NCBI GenBank assembly: GCA_900769695.1
Contig: CAAGHO010000055.1
Location: forward strand, 2,900 to 66,899
Origin: Bacilli bacterium
GTDB taxonomy: Bacteria; Bacillota_I; Bacilli_A; RF39; UBA660
DNA length: 64,000 nt
Reading direction: 5' to 3'
Positions 1 to 8,860 of this stretch are shown piece by piece. The position numbers and the translations under genes were made by a program. Every line of letters starts with the position of its first letter. Position 1 is the stretch's first letter. Under the pieces are notes generated by a model, which was given only the letters and a program-made list of their open reading frames with translations, was not told the origin of the DNA and did no database searches.

Positions 1-227
1 CATTTCTCTTCCCAATCAAGTGTACTATTAGAAAAAAATTTATCAATATCATTGTTTTTATAAATATCTATTAAAAATTCACTATTTTCAAATAAATCAT
101 GATACTTTTCAATGAAATGAAGTGATACTTTATAATCAAACACTCTACTTTTTCCTTCAGTTTGAATATCAACTAATGGTAAATAATAGTCAGATCTATT
201 TTCTAATTCTTTATAGTATTTAATCAT
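1..227 (-). CDS. hypothetical protein, N-terminal part only (runs off left edge)
   Basis: ATG at 227-225 sits 8 nt after a GGGGG Shine-Dalgarno (240-236). 75 stop-free codons reach the window edge (MIKYYKELENRSDYYLPLVDIQTEGK...). Absent from the ORF track because there is no stop in the window. Confidence 0.5.
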   Translation of the reverse strand, partial: MIKYYKELENRSDYYLPLVDIQTEGKSRVFDYKVSLHFIEKYHDLFENSEFLIDIYKNNDIDKFFSNSTLDWEEK

Positions 228-575
228 ATAACATACCCCCTTCCAAAGTATAATTCTAGTATCATATTTTTTAGTTTATATTTCTACATTTAAGTTTTAA
301 TGAATTGTATTTTATTCTAACATCTATCATTTAAAAAATGCAATATAAAAAGAGGAAATATTTAATGAAGTTTTTATTAAATATTAAAATATTTTCTATG
401 TAGGAGTAATACTACCTTTTAATAACTTAATCGTATAAACCTACATAATATATAAAAGAAAGGAGAATTCATATGAATAGTCATAACTTTGATGATAACT
501 GTGACATAATTACTATATATTGTCTTTCCACTTTCACAAATTAATTCTGAGCGACTTTGTAAAATAAAATAATTA

Positions 576-971
576 TCAGTCTTTCTTTTTAACAGAAAAC
601 GTAAAAGTAGAGTTTGATGAGGGTGTTACATCATCTAGGTTAACTGTTAATGTATGTGTTGCCTCATTATAATTATATTGATCTTGGGTAGCAATAACAC
701 CATTTATTTCTACACTTCCATCGATAAAATCAACTAAAGTTGTATCAATAACATCAGTAATTATAGGTTTTACATAGATTTTATCTGTTTGATTATCAAT
801 AGTAATTGTATATTCTAAATTTCCACCACCCCAATTAATCTTATCTGCTTCCTTATGAAGGCTCAATCCTTCAATAATATTAACTACGAAAGTATTTGAA
901 GTAAGAGTTGTTAGAATGTTATTATAATTACCAACTGCTGTTACTATATTATTTAATTCGTTCATAGTCAC
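576..971 (-). CDS. small DUF11-like (conserved repeat domain) beta-sandwich protein, no signal peptide
   Basis: 131 aa. The pattern GGNLEYTITIDNQTD...ITDVIDTTLVDFIDGSVEING...LTVNLDDV...STFTFSVK matches the DUF11 repeat layout. No N-terminal hydrophobic leader. Confidence 0.5.
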   Translation of the reverse strand: MTMNELNNIVTAVGNYNNILTTLTSNTFVVNIIEGLSLHKEADKINWGGGNLEYTITIDNQTDKIYVKPIITDVIDTTLVDFIDGSVEINGVIATQDQYNYNEATHTLTVNLDDVTPSSNSTFTFSVKKKD

Positions 972-1020
972 CTTCCTACAATAATTCTATGAGTTTAATA
1001 TACAAATATTAATTTGAAAG

Positions 1021-1059
1021 AAAAAAAGTTATCATTTCTAATAAATGGTAACTTTTTTA
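1021..1059. terminator. hairpin flanked by A-run and T-run (bidirectional intrinsic terminator after the HAD gene)
   Basis: Arms agttatcattt (1027-1037) and aaatggtaact (1043-1053) pair 10/11. A7 lies upstream and T6 downstream. Confidence 0.55.
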
Positions 1060-1065
1060 AATAGA

Positions 1066-1611
1066 CTATTTTTTAACTAAATATGTCTTTTTAGAAATTT
1101 CCATTAATGGTTTATCATTATAAGAATCAGTATAAAATTCTTCAACTACAGCATTAGGATATCTTTCTTTAAAGGCTTTAACTTTATTTTCTCTAAAACA
1201 TAAAAATTCTAGCTTTCCAGTTTCTATACACATTTCACTACAAATAATATTTTTCGTATTTAATTTGTCTTTTATGCCATCAATAAGTATACTTGGAGAT
1301 GCAGTTATAATAACATCGTCTTCTCTTAATTGTTCTAAATAATCTAACTTTAAGTTTTTAGCATGTGTTTTCCAAAATCTTTCTATTAAACTTTCCGCAT
1401 TATCTTTGTTATCTATAATTACTTTTGACATTCTACTAGCAAGCTCACATAACTTATCAATTGATAAAAATCCTAATTCATACATAAGTGTTGTATATAC
1501 AACTATAGGTGCATATTTAACTAGTGATTTCTTTTCTTTAACACAAAAAAGAAAAAAGTCAAAAACACTTTCTCCATCATAAATTGTATTATCAAAATCG
1601 AAAATGCGCAT
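1066..1611 (-). CDS. HAD-IB family hydrolase (phosphoserine-phosphatase-like)
   Basis: MRIFDFDNTIYDG contains the DxDxT motif I. The start at 1611 was chosen for the GGGTGG RBS; the ORF track extends to 1623. Confidence 0.7.
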   Translation of the reverse strand: MRIFDFDNTIYDGESVFDFFLFCVKEKKSLVKYAPIVVYTTLMYELGFLSIDKLCELASRMSKVIIDNKDNAESLIERFWKTHAKNLKLDYLEQLREDDVIITASPSILIDGIKDKLNTKNIICSEMCIETGKLEFLCFRENKVKAFKERYPNAVVEEFYTDSYNDKPLMEISKKTYLVKK

Positions 1612-1660
1612 ATTACCACCCATAACTTTTCATTTACTATATCAGATATATAGAAATAAA

Positions 1661-2098
1661 TCAAATATATTCTTTTAAATGGTTTATCGTTTTTTCTTGA
1701 AATTTTAAGAATTTTTTAGCAATACTTTTTTCATCTTTATCTAATTCTTTATCATACTCTTTTAATTTTTTCTCTATTTCTAAACTTCCCATTGAAACAC
1801 CTTGAATTAACATATTTGCAATAGATGAATCACTATTATCATCTTTTACCTCTTTATTTATTCCCATAGATGAACCCATTTTAGCCATAAGAGATGGATC
1901 TGATGGTTCTTTATTATTTTCTTTTAATAAGACTTTTGCCTCTTCTTCAAATTGTTGATATTCTTTTAAAATTTCTTCAGCATAAGCCTTTATCTTATTA
2001 TCTTTATCTTTTAATTTATCAAGTAGTTTTTCTATAGTATATGCAGCCATAGCTGAATCATGATGAACTTGTTCTAATAGTTCTAATTTTTCTTCCAT
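1661..2098 (-). CDS. hypothetical helical protein
   Basis: 145-aa ORF, Lys/Glu-rich and predicted all-helical. No family recognised. Confidence 0.5.
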   Translation of the reverse strand: MEEKLELLEQVHHDSAMAAYTIEKLLDKLKDKDNKIKAYAEEILKEYQQFEEEAKVLLKENNKEPSDPSLMAKMGSSMGINKEVKDDNSDSSIANMLIQGVSMGSLEIEKKLKEYDKELDKDEKSIAKKFLKFQEKTINHLKEYI

Positions 2099-2172
2099 AA
2101 TATTTCCTCCTAATAATATTATTGACTAAAAAATTATTTTCATACAAAAAGATAATTCAAAAGAATTACCTT

Positions 2173-3399
2173 TTATCTATTAGACCAACGTGATGGTAAT
2201 GTTACAATGCTACTTGGTGAAATAATATTTCTTTGGTAACCTGCCCAAGTACAACCACCACCACTTCTCCAGTGACAACTTGATATTTCTAAATGTAGGT
2301 GAATTGATCTTCCACCAGGATCACTACCAGAAGTACATCCGGTATCTCCCATTTGTCCTATTGGTGTATTTACTGAGACAAATCCACTTGATGGAGCACT
2401 AACTGATGACATATGAGCATAAGTTGCATATACTGTTCCTACTCCAGCTATATTATGTTTAATGACAACAATATTAGCATTACCATTACATTGAAAACTA
2501 CAGGTCCTACTATTACAATTATCATGTCCTACATAGAAAATTGTTCCATCAGCTATAGGATAAATAGTTTCGTTTCTCTTATTACTACTACCAATATCTT
2601 GACCAATATGTCCAGGATATCCTCCTACTCCAGCATTTCTTATACCTGTTGTTGTAGGTCTTTTAACATTTCCTGTACTAGGAAGTGACCCTGAGGATGA
2701 ACTTGTTACTCTGTTAATACATCTTTGAACATCTTCGTTTGAACCACAACCTATTTTCTTAAGATAAGAAACGTTTTCCTTAGCAGATTTAATTTGCTCT
2801 TCAACGGTTGGCATTGTTTCTTTTATTGCCGCTGTGTCTGCATTAATTCTTTCTTTTTCTGATTGAAGAGAAGATTTTAACTTATCTAATTCTGCTTGTT
2901 TATTTTTTAATTGTTGCTTCTTTTCATTGTTGTCTTTAATTAGTTGATTTAATTCATTAACAACTTTTTGATTATACTCAGTTAATTGTTCAACAACAGA
3001 TATTCTATAAATCATATCTGTAACACTTTCTGCTTCAAATATGTATTCTAAATATGTATTACCACTTCGCATTATTTGGAAATACTTCATAATCTTTTTA
3101 CTTTGTTCTTTTTTATTTTCTATTTCTTTATTGCTTTTATCTATTTCATCTTCTAATCTTTTAATTTCATTTTCAGCTTCTGTTATTTGAGATTCGATAT
3201 TTGCAATTTTCTTTTTAATTTCTGCTACCTCAGCATCATTCTTAGCTACTTTATCTTGTTTTGCTTGTAGTTCTGCTGTATATTTAGCAACCTCATTTTC
3301 AAAATCTTTTAATGTCTGAGCAGAAGCATTATATGGTAGTGCTACTAAAGAAATTACTAAAGTCAAAAGAAGATATTTTTTAAAATTTTTCTTCATCAT
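2173..3399 (-). CDS. secreted coiled-coil M23 (LytM) peptidoglycan hydrolase, FtsEX-associated (EnvC/PcsB-like architecture)
   Basis: Signal peptide MMKKNFKKYLLLTLVISLVALPYNASA. About 200 aa of heptad-rich coiled coil. C-terminal M23 motifs HIGQD (HxxxD) and HLHLE (HxH). 4-nt overlap (ATGA) with ftsX. Confidence 0.8.
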   Translation of the reverse strand: MMKKNFKKYLLLTLVISLVALPYNASAQTLKDFENEVAKYTAELQAKQDKVAKNDAEVAEIKKKIANIESQITEAENEIKRLEDEIDKSNKEIENKKEQSKKIMKYFQIMRSGNTYLEYIFEAESVTDMIYRISVVEQLTEYNQKVVNELNQLIKDNNEKKQQLKNKQAELDKLKSSLQSEKERINADTAAIKETMPTVEEQIKSAKENVSYLKKIGCGSNEDVQRCINRVTSSSSGSLPSTGNVKRPTTTGIRNAGVGGYPGHIGQDIGSSNKRNETIYPIADGTIFYVGHDNCNSRTCSFQCNGNANIVVIKHNIAGVGTVYATYAHMSSVSAPSSGFVSVNTPIGQMGDTGCTSGSDPGGRSIHLHLEISSCHWRSGGGCTWAGYQRNIISPSSIVTLPSRWSNR

Positions 3400-4298
3400 A
3401 TTTTTAGATATTTCCTTACAGCACTTGCACTACCTACCATACCAACTATAATACCTATTATTACAACAAGGCCTGATGCTTGATAAATAAATGGTTCTGG
3501 TTCTATTAATCTAATTAATTTACTAAATAAATAACCATCGAAATGTTTGTAGAAAGCTAAGTAACCAAATGTAGTTAAAATTACTGGTATTATGGAACCA
3601 ATTAATCCTAAGAACATACCTTCTACAATGAATGGAGTTTTTATAGAAAAGTTACTAGCTCCAACTAATCTCATAATTGATATTTCTCTTTTTCTTGAGA
3701 ATATAGTTAACTTAATTGTATTAATAATTAAGAATACTGTAACTACCACTAAAGCAATAACTACACCGTAAGCAACTTTTTCAATTGAAGAAAAGGCATT
3801 TACTAATTTATCAACCATACCTTCTCCATATCTTACTAAAGATACTTGTTCCATATTTTTTAACTTTTTCGCTGTATGAGAAATTTCAGTAGCGTCTTTT
3901 ACTTTGATTTTAAAGGTATCTTTTAAGGGGTTATCTTCCTTGCTCCATTCAGACATAACAGAATTAAAAGCATCTGATTCCTTAGACATTTCTTCTTTGA
4001 TTGATTCTCTTCCTTGAAATTCAACTGACTCAACATTCGCCATATTTTTTATTTCTGTAGTTAAATCTTCAATATCTTTTTCTTCTACATCTGATTTAAG
4101 AAACGCTACTATTGTTAAATCGCTTTCTATTTCTTTAGCAAAATTTTCTACATTGAAAGAGGCAATTATTGATACTGCTACTATAACTAAGGTAATTGTA
4201 ATACAAGAAATAGAAGCAAGCGACAAACTAAAGTTTCTAAATACACTTTTGAAAGCATCTCTAATACTTCTTCCAAGCATTCTAAATATCTTCATCAT
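3396..4298 (-). CDS. ftsX: cell division permease-like protein FtsX
   Basis: 300 aa. One N-terminal TM, an extracellular loop domain, then three C-terminal TMs. Overlaps ftsE by 17 nt. Confidence 0.9.
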   Translation of the reverse strand: MMKIFRMLGRSIRDAFKSVFRNFSLSLASISCITITLVIVAVSIIASFNVENFAKEIESDLTIVAFLKSDVEEKDIEDLTTEIKNMANVESVEFQGRESIKEEMSKESDAFNSVMSEWSKEDNPLKDTFKIKVKDATEISHTAKKLKNMEQVSLVRYGEGMVDKLVNAFSSIEKVAYGVVIALVVVTVFLIINTIKLTIFSRKREISIMRLVGASNFSIKTPFIVEGMFLGLIGSIIPVILTTFGYLAFYKHFDGYLFSKLIRLIEPEPFIYQASGLVVIIGIIVGMVGSASAVRKYLKI

Positions 4299-4977
4299 AA
4301 GTTCCCCTTTCTTTTATACTTGTAATTCTACCATCTTTTAGGGTAATAACATCTTTTTTCATTTTATTAACAATATCTTTATCATGAGTAACCATTAGAA
4401 TAGTAGTTCCCTTTTTCTCATTGATATTTTCCAAAACTTTCATAATTTCCATACTCATATCAGGATCTAAGTTTCCTGTAGGTTCATCACATAAAAGTAA
4501 TTTTGGATTGTTGACAATCGCACGAGCAATTGAAACTCTTTGTTGTTCTCCACCTGATAGTTGGTCTGGATAGTTATGTACCTTATTTTTTAAACCAACA
4601 AGTTCAATAGCTTTTAATGTCTTTTGTCTTGTTTCTTGTTTAGTAGCACCAATAACTTCCATAGCAAAGGCTACATTTTCATATACTGTTAATTTAGGTA
4701 ATAACCTATAATCTTGGAATACAATTCCTAGCTTTCTTCTTAGTTTATATACTTTTTTATCTCTAAGTTTTGCTACATTAACTCCACCTACTACAATTTG
4801 TCCCTTAGTAGGTTTTTCTTCACGGTAAAGCATCTTTATAAAAGTACTTTTACCTGAACCAGATCCACCAATTACAAAGGTAAACGAACCCTTTTTTAAA
4901 GAAAGAGTCATATCATATATAGCTGTAACACCATTTTTATATTTTTTATTGACATTCTTAAGTCTAATTAAGTCCAT
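4282..4977 (-). CDS. ftsE: cell division ATP-binding protein FtsE
   Basis: Walker A GGSGSGKST, ABC signature LSGGEQQR, Walker B LLLCDEPTGNLD. Confidence 0.93.
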   Translation of the reverse strand: MDLIRLKNVNKKYKNGVTAIYDMTLSLKKGSFTFVIGGSGSGKSTFIKMLYREEKPTKGQIVVGGVNVAKLRDKKVYKLRRKLGIVFQDYRLLPKLTVYENVAFAMEVIGATKQETRQKTLKAIELVGLKNKVHNYPDQLSGGEQQRVSIARAIVNNPKLLLCDEPTGNLDPDMSMEIMKVLENINEKKGTTILMVTHDKDIVNKMKKDVITLKDGRITSIKERGTYDEDI

Positions 4978-5023
4978 ATCTTTAACCTCCTTAGTATGAC
5001 AATTATATCACAATTTTCGACAT

Positions 5024-5054
5024 AACAAAAGAAGAAAGCATTAATTCTTTCTTC
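5024..5054 (-). terminator. intrinsic terminator after the YitT gene pair
   Basis: Arms gaagaaag (5031-5038) and ctttcttc (5047-5054) are followed on the minus strand by TTTTGTT. Confidence 0.55.
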
Positions 5055-5056
5055 CT

Positions 5057-5974
5057 TTATCTTCCTCCTTCTACTTGATATGCATCACAAGCTAAGAAGA
5101 AGGCTTTACTATCTATTTCTTTGATACCTTCTGTTACTGCAAAATATTCTTTTGAGGGAACTACTGTTAATAAAACCATTCTTTTCTTTTCTAAAAATCC
5201 ACCTTTAACATTGAACATTGTAACATTATGATGAAGATTATCAATAATATATTTTCTTATTTCTTCATATTCTTCTGTTATTATATAAAAGGCTTTATTC
5301 TTAGATACTCCTAAAATTACTCTATCTAACATAAAACTATTTATATAAAGAATTATTAAGGCATACATTACCATTGTAAATCCAAAGAAAAATCCACCTA
5401 TTAAAACTATAATTCCATTAATTACAAAGTTGCTTTTTGATATTGGAATTTTAAACTCTTTATAAAGTATTTGACTTATTATTGGAAGACCACAATTACT
5501 AAAACCTGTTTTATACATTAAACCATTACTAAAACCACCAACTACTCCAATAAAAATTGAAATAAGAAGCAAATCATCTGGTTTAAAGTCTAGATGCAAT
5601 GATATATTAGAAGTTAATTGAACAAATAACGGATATAGGAAGGCAGCAACGATAGTTCCTGCTGCATGAGCTTTTCCTAAATACATATAACTAAATAATA
5701 ATAGAATTAATGATATAACAAACATTACTATTGATGGAGAAAATCCATAGATGTTTTTTAAAATAATCGAAATACCATTTATTCCACCAGTTACAATATT
5801 AGTTGGAACAATTAATAAATTGAAAACACAAGCTGAAATAAACATAGATATAAGTAACATCATATATCTTTTTAAAAGATGATTTCTATTAACTTTTTTT
5901 AGGATATCTTCAGGTAAAAGACTTAACTCTTCTTTATTAAAAAGATGCAAATTACTCACCTCCAAATACTTCAT
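5057..5974 (-). CDS. YitT family membrane protein (DUF2179 C-terminal domain)
   Basis: 305 aa with multi-TM N-terminal half. The C-terminal FYIIT...HNVTMFNVKGGF...LLTVV..KE... matches the YitT/DUF2179 layout. Confidence 0.8.
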   Translation of the reverse strand: MKYLEVSNLHLFNKEELSLLPEDILKKVNRNHLLKRYMMLLISMFISACVFNLLIVPTNIVTGGINGISIILKNIYGFSPSIVMFVISLILLLFSYMYLGKAHAAGTIVAAFLYPLFVQLTSNISLHLDFKPDDLLLISIFIGVVGGFSNGLMYKTGFSNCGLPIISQILYKEFKIPISKSNFVINGIIVLIGGFFFGFTMVMYALIILYINSFMLDRVILGVSKNKAFYIITEEYEEIRKYIIDNLHHNVTMFNVKGGFLEKKRMVLLTVVPSKEYFAVTEGIKEIDSKAFFLACDAYQVEGGR

Positions 5975-6833
5975 AGGAATCAGTTACAACAAAGAAAGCA
6001 TCTTTATCTATTTCATGAATTCCTTCTTTTAGACGAAAGTAATCTTTTGTAGGTAGAACACACATTAAGACATGTTGTCTTTCCTTTTTATAGCCACCTT
6101 TTGCTTGGAAAATAGTAACTCCATGATTTAAGTATTTTATAATATATTCTTTTACTTTTTCTTCTTCATCAGTTATTATATAAAAAGCTTTACTATCTGA
6201 TACTCCTAGAATAACTCGATCAGACATATAACTTATTAAGTAAAGAATTACTATAGAATACATTAAATTATTAATACCAAAAACAACTCCTGATAATATA
6301 ACTATAGTTCCATCACAGATTAACATACTTTTTCCCATACTTATCTTAAAATACTTAGATATTATTTGATTTAAGATATCGGTACCACCTGTCGTAAAAC
6401 CTGCTTTAAAGTTTATTCCTGCTCCAAAACCATAAACAACTCCAGCAAAAAGAGCTGAAAGTAAGACTTGTGAATTATCTATTTTTAAATATAAATTTAT
6501 GTCTGATGTTAAACTAACTAATATTGGAAATAAAAAACTACCTAAAATTGAAGCTTTAGTCTTCTCTTTTCCGAGTAGGAAATAACTAAGGATTAATAAA
6601 ATAATATTTACAATTAATATGAACAAAGATTTATCTATTCCAAAAAGATGATTCAAAATAATAGCTGCTCCTGAAACACCACCTGGTACTAAATCATTTG
6701 GTGATAAAAAAAGGTTAAAGCAAATAGCTAGGATACTACATCCTACAAAGAATTCCAAATATCTTTTTAATTTTGACTTGCTTTTTATTCTTTTTTCAAT
6801 AGAATCAAGCTTTTTATTTTGAAAAAATTTCAT
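5952..6833 (-). CDS. YitT family membrane protein (tandem paralog)
   Basis: 293 aa with the same architecture (FYIITDEEE...HGVTIFQAKGGY). Overlaps the downstream paralog by 23 nt. Confidence 0.8.
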   Translation of the reverse strand: MKFFQNKKLDSIEKRIKSKSKLKRYLEFFVGCSILAICFNLFLSPNDLVPGGVSGAAIILNHLFGIDKSLFILIVNIILLILSYFLLGKEKTKASILGSFLFPILVSLTSDINLYLKIDNSQVLLSALFAGVVYGFGAGINFKAGFTTGGTDILNQIISKYFKISMGKSMLICDGTIVILSGVVFGINNLMYSIVILYLISYMSDRVILGVSDSKAFYIITDEEEKVKEYIIKYLNHGVTIFQAKGGYKKERQHVLMCVLPTKDYFRLKEGIHEIDKDAFFVVTDSYEVFGGE

Positions 6834-7932
6834 TTAAACACCTCTTTCTAAATTACTTTGTATAAATAGATCAATATCTCCATCTAATACCTTGGAAACA
6901 TTACTTGTTTCTACATTAGTTCTATGATCTTTTACCATTGAATAGGGATGCATAACATAACTTCTAATTTGAGAACCAAATTCAATATTTTGTTGTCCTC
7001 CTTTAATTGTAGCTAACTCTTGCTGTTGTTTTTCTTCTTCTAATAATAATAATTTTGTTTTTAGTACTTGTAGAGCATGCTCTTTATTTTGAATTTGACT
7101 TCTTTCATTTTGACAAGTAACTACTATTTTGGAAGGAAGATGGGTAATTCTTACTGCTGAATCTGTTGTATTTACTCCCTGTCCTCCTGCTCCTGTTGAT
7201 CTATAAACATCTATCTTTAAATCTTTTTCATCTATAGTAACATCAATATCTTTCTTTATATCTGGTGTTACTTCGACTGAAGCGAAAGATGTATGTCTTC
7301 TATTATTAGAATCAAATGGTGATAATCTGACTAAACGATGAACACCTTTTTCATTTTTTAAATATCCATAGGCATTTGTTCCCTTTATTAACATAGAAAC
7401 ACTTTTAATACCTGCTTCTTCTCCATCTTGGTAATCAAGAACTTCTACTTTATAGTCTTTCCTTTCTGCATATCTTCTATACATACGATATAACATCATT
7501 GCCCAATCACAAGATTCTGTTCCTCCTGCTCCTGGATGAATCTCTAAAATGCAATTTTCTCCATCATACTTTCCACTTAGTAATAAATTTAAGCTAATTT
7601 CTGATATTTTTTTTTCAATTAGAGGAATTTCTTTTTCGATTGCTGATAAAACCTCATTGTCTTCTTCTATTTCTAATAACTCAAGTAGTTCTAAGTTTGA
7701 ATTTATTTTTGATTTTAATTCTTCTAGAGGTTCTACTATCTGTTTTAATTTATTAATTTCATCTATTATTTCAGAAGATGCATCTTTATTATTCCAAAAA
7801 CCATCTTCCATAGTTTTTTCTTCTAATTGTTTTATTTGTTTTATTTTTTTGCAGCAGTCAAAGTGACCTCCATAAATCATTTACTTTTTTTAAACTATTT
7901 GTTAGTATTTTTTCTATTTTCTCATTTGTCAT
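6834..7932 (-). CDS. prfB: peptide chain release factor 2, requires programmed +1 frameshift
   Basis: The large ORF has SPF and GGQ motifs (RSTGAGGQGVNTTDSAVRITH). A 24-codon frame-0 ORF (MTNEKIEKILTNSLKKVNDLWRSL) starts at 7932 and ends at an in-frame TGA within CTT TGA C. The track ORF start at 7880 is an artefact. Confidence 0.93.
7857..7871 (-). promoter_or_regulatory. RF2 autoregulatory +1 frameshift site
   Basis: Minus strand reads GGAGG TCA CTT TGA C. The internal SD-like GGAGG is at 7871-7867, the slippery CTT at 7863-7861 and the TGA at 7860-7858. The +1 frame continues GAC TGC TGC (DCC...). Confidence 0.9.
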
Positions 7933-8043
7933 ATTATCCCGTCCTTTTAATTATTATAAGTATTATACCTAAAATATCTTAATCAATAAATAAAATAAAT
8001 TACTTTTTTGTATATTTGGCATTTTCTTACATATTATATTAGT

Positions 8044-8118
8044 GGGGAGGGTTCACGAAGTTATGTGAAGATCCCCTGTATATAGATTGGTACTTAGAAC
8101 TATCTAGGTACCTTTTTT
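8044..8118 (+). ncRNA. candidate ~75-nt structured small RNA with its own promoter and terminator
   Basis: Promoter: -35 TTGTAT (8008-8013), 18-nt spacer, -10 TATTAT (8032-8037). Nested helix GGGGA(8044-8048)/TCCCC(8072-8076) around TTCAC(8052-8056)/GTGAA(8065-8069). Terminator hairpin ggtacttag(8089-8097)/ctaggtacc(8104-8112) plus T6. No plus-strand ORF is present. Confidence 0.35.
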
Positions 8119-8758
8119 AATTTTTAATTTTAACTCCAAACATTCCAACAATACTTGACGCTTGAAAAGTATTTATAATAATTCCATTTAAAGATTTAGA
8201 ATCAAACATAATTCCATTAACGTCACAATTAGAAAAATCTATACCTTTCAAATCTGTCATTATAAATTCAGCATTCATAAATTTTACTTTATCAAAATCT
8301 ATGTTTTTTAATTTTGATTCTGAAAATGATGATTCACTAAAATCACAATCTATTATTTTTAAATTTTCTATTTTACTAGCTGCCAAATTAATATATTTAC
8401 AACTACACTCACAAAACTCAATATTATTTAGACTACTGTCAATAAAACTTGTACCTAGTAGTTTACAATTATTAAAAGTAACTCTACTTATAAATTGCTT
8501 ATCAAAGTTTTGATTTGATAAATCACAATTTCTAAAAACAACATCAATTAAATCTACATTTTCTAGTTTTATATTACTAAAATCAATATTTTCAAATATA
8601 CAACTATCAAAGGTAGTGGAATTTACTATAATATTTTTATTTATATTATTAGCATAAATACCATCATTAAATTCATTTGTAGAAAAACTTTCTAAGATTT
8701 CTTTAGGAACGCATTTTTCTACTTTTGGAGAGCTAAATTTCATAATATTATCACCCAT
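8117..8758 (-). CDS. pentapeptide-repeat protein, Qnr/EfsQnr-like size and C-terminus
   Basis: 213 aa of tandem A(D/N)LxX pentapeptides (NIDFSNIKLENVDLIDVVFRNCDLSNQNF...). Length and C-terminal LNGIIINTFQASSIVGMFGV resemble Gram-positive chromosomal Qnr-like proteins. Confidence 0.7.
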   Translation of the reverse strand: MGDNIMKFSSPKVEKCVPKEILESFSTNEFNDGIYANNINKNIIVNSTTFDSCIFENIDFSNIKLENVDLIDVVFRNCDLSNQNFDKQFISRVTFNNCKLLGTSFIDSSLNNIEFCECSCKYINLAASKIENLKIIDCDFSESSFSESKLKNIDFDKVKFMNAEFIMTDLKGIDFSNCDVNGIMFDSKSLNGIIINTFQASSIVGMFGVKIKN

Positions 8759-8860
8759 AATTATTATATTTCTTTAATATTATAGCATATTAAGATAAAA
8801 TATTTTTAGTTTATGTCATTAATCTTAATTTTGTATGATAAAATTAAAGAAGGTGATACT

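Noticed and set aside
365-403. 12-codon ORF MKFLLNIKIFSM after an AGAGGA-like sequence
   Set aside because: It is too short, has no distinguishing features, and is indistinguishable from chance in AT-rich intergenic DNA.
2413-2688. Plus-strand ORFs antisense to long, well-supported minus-strand genes. The same applies to 4153..4341, 7549..7866, 8301..8513, 17628..17831, 22704..23123, 29432..29656, 31743..32033, 43021..43263, 53953..54258, 56401..56646, 57565..57877 and others. Minus-strand shadow ORFs also belong here: 9098..9361 and 36223..36492 antisense to plus-strand genes, and 19368..19553 out of frame within secA on the same strand.
   Set aside because: They lie entirely inside confidently identified genes, have low-complexity hydrophobic translations and no ribosome-binding sites. 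These are typical shadow ORFs of AT-rich DNA.
8089-8118. The hairpin as the terminator of the minus-strand pentapeptide gene
   Set aside because: On the minus strand the stem is preceded by A6 and followed by AAUCUAUAUA, with no U-tract. The U-tract exists only on the plus strand. I therefore assigned it to a plus-strand transcript, though weak bidirectional function cannot be excluded.
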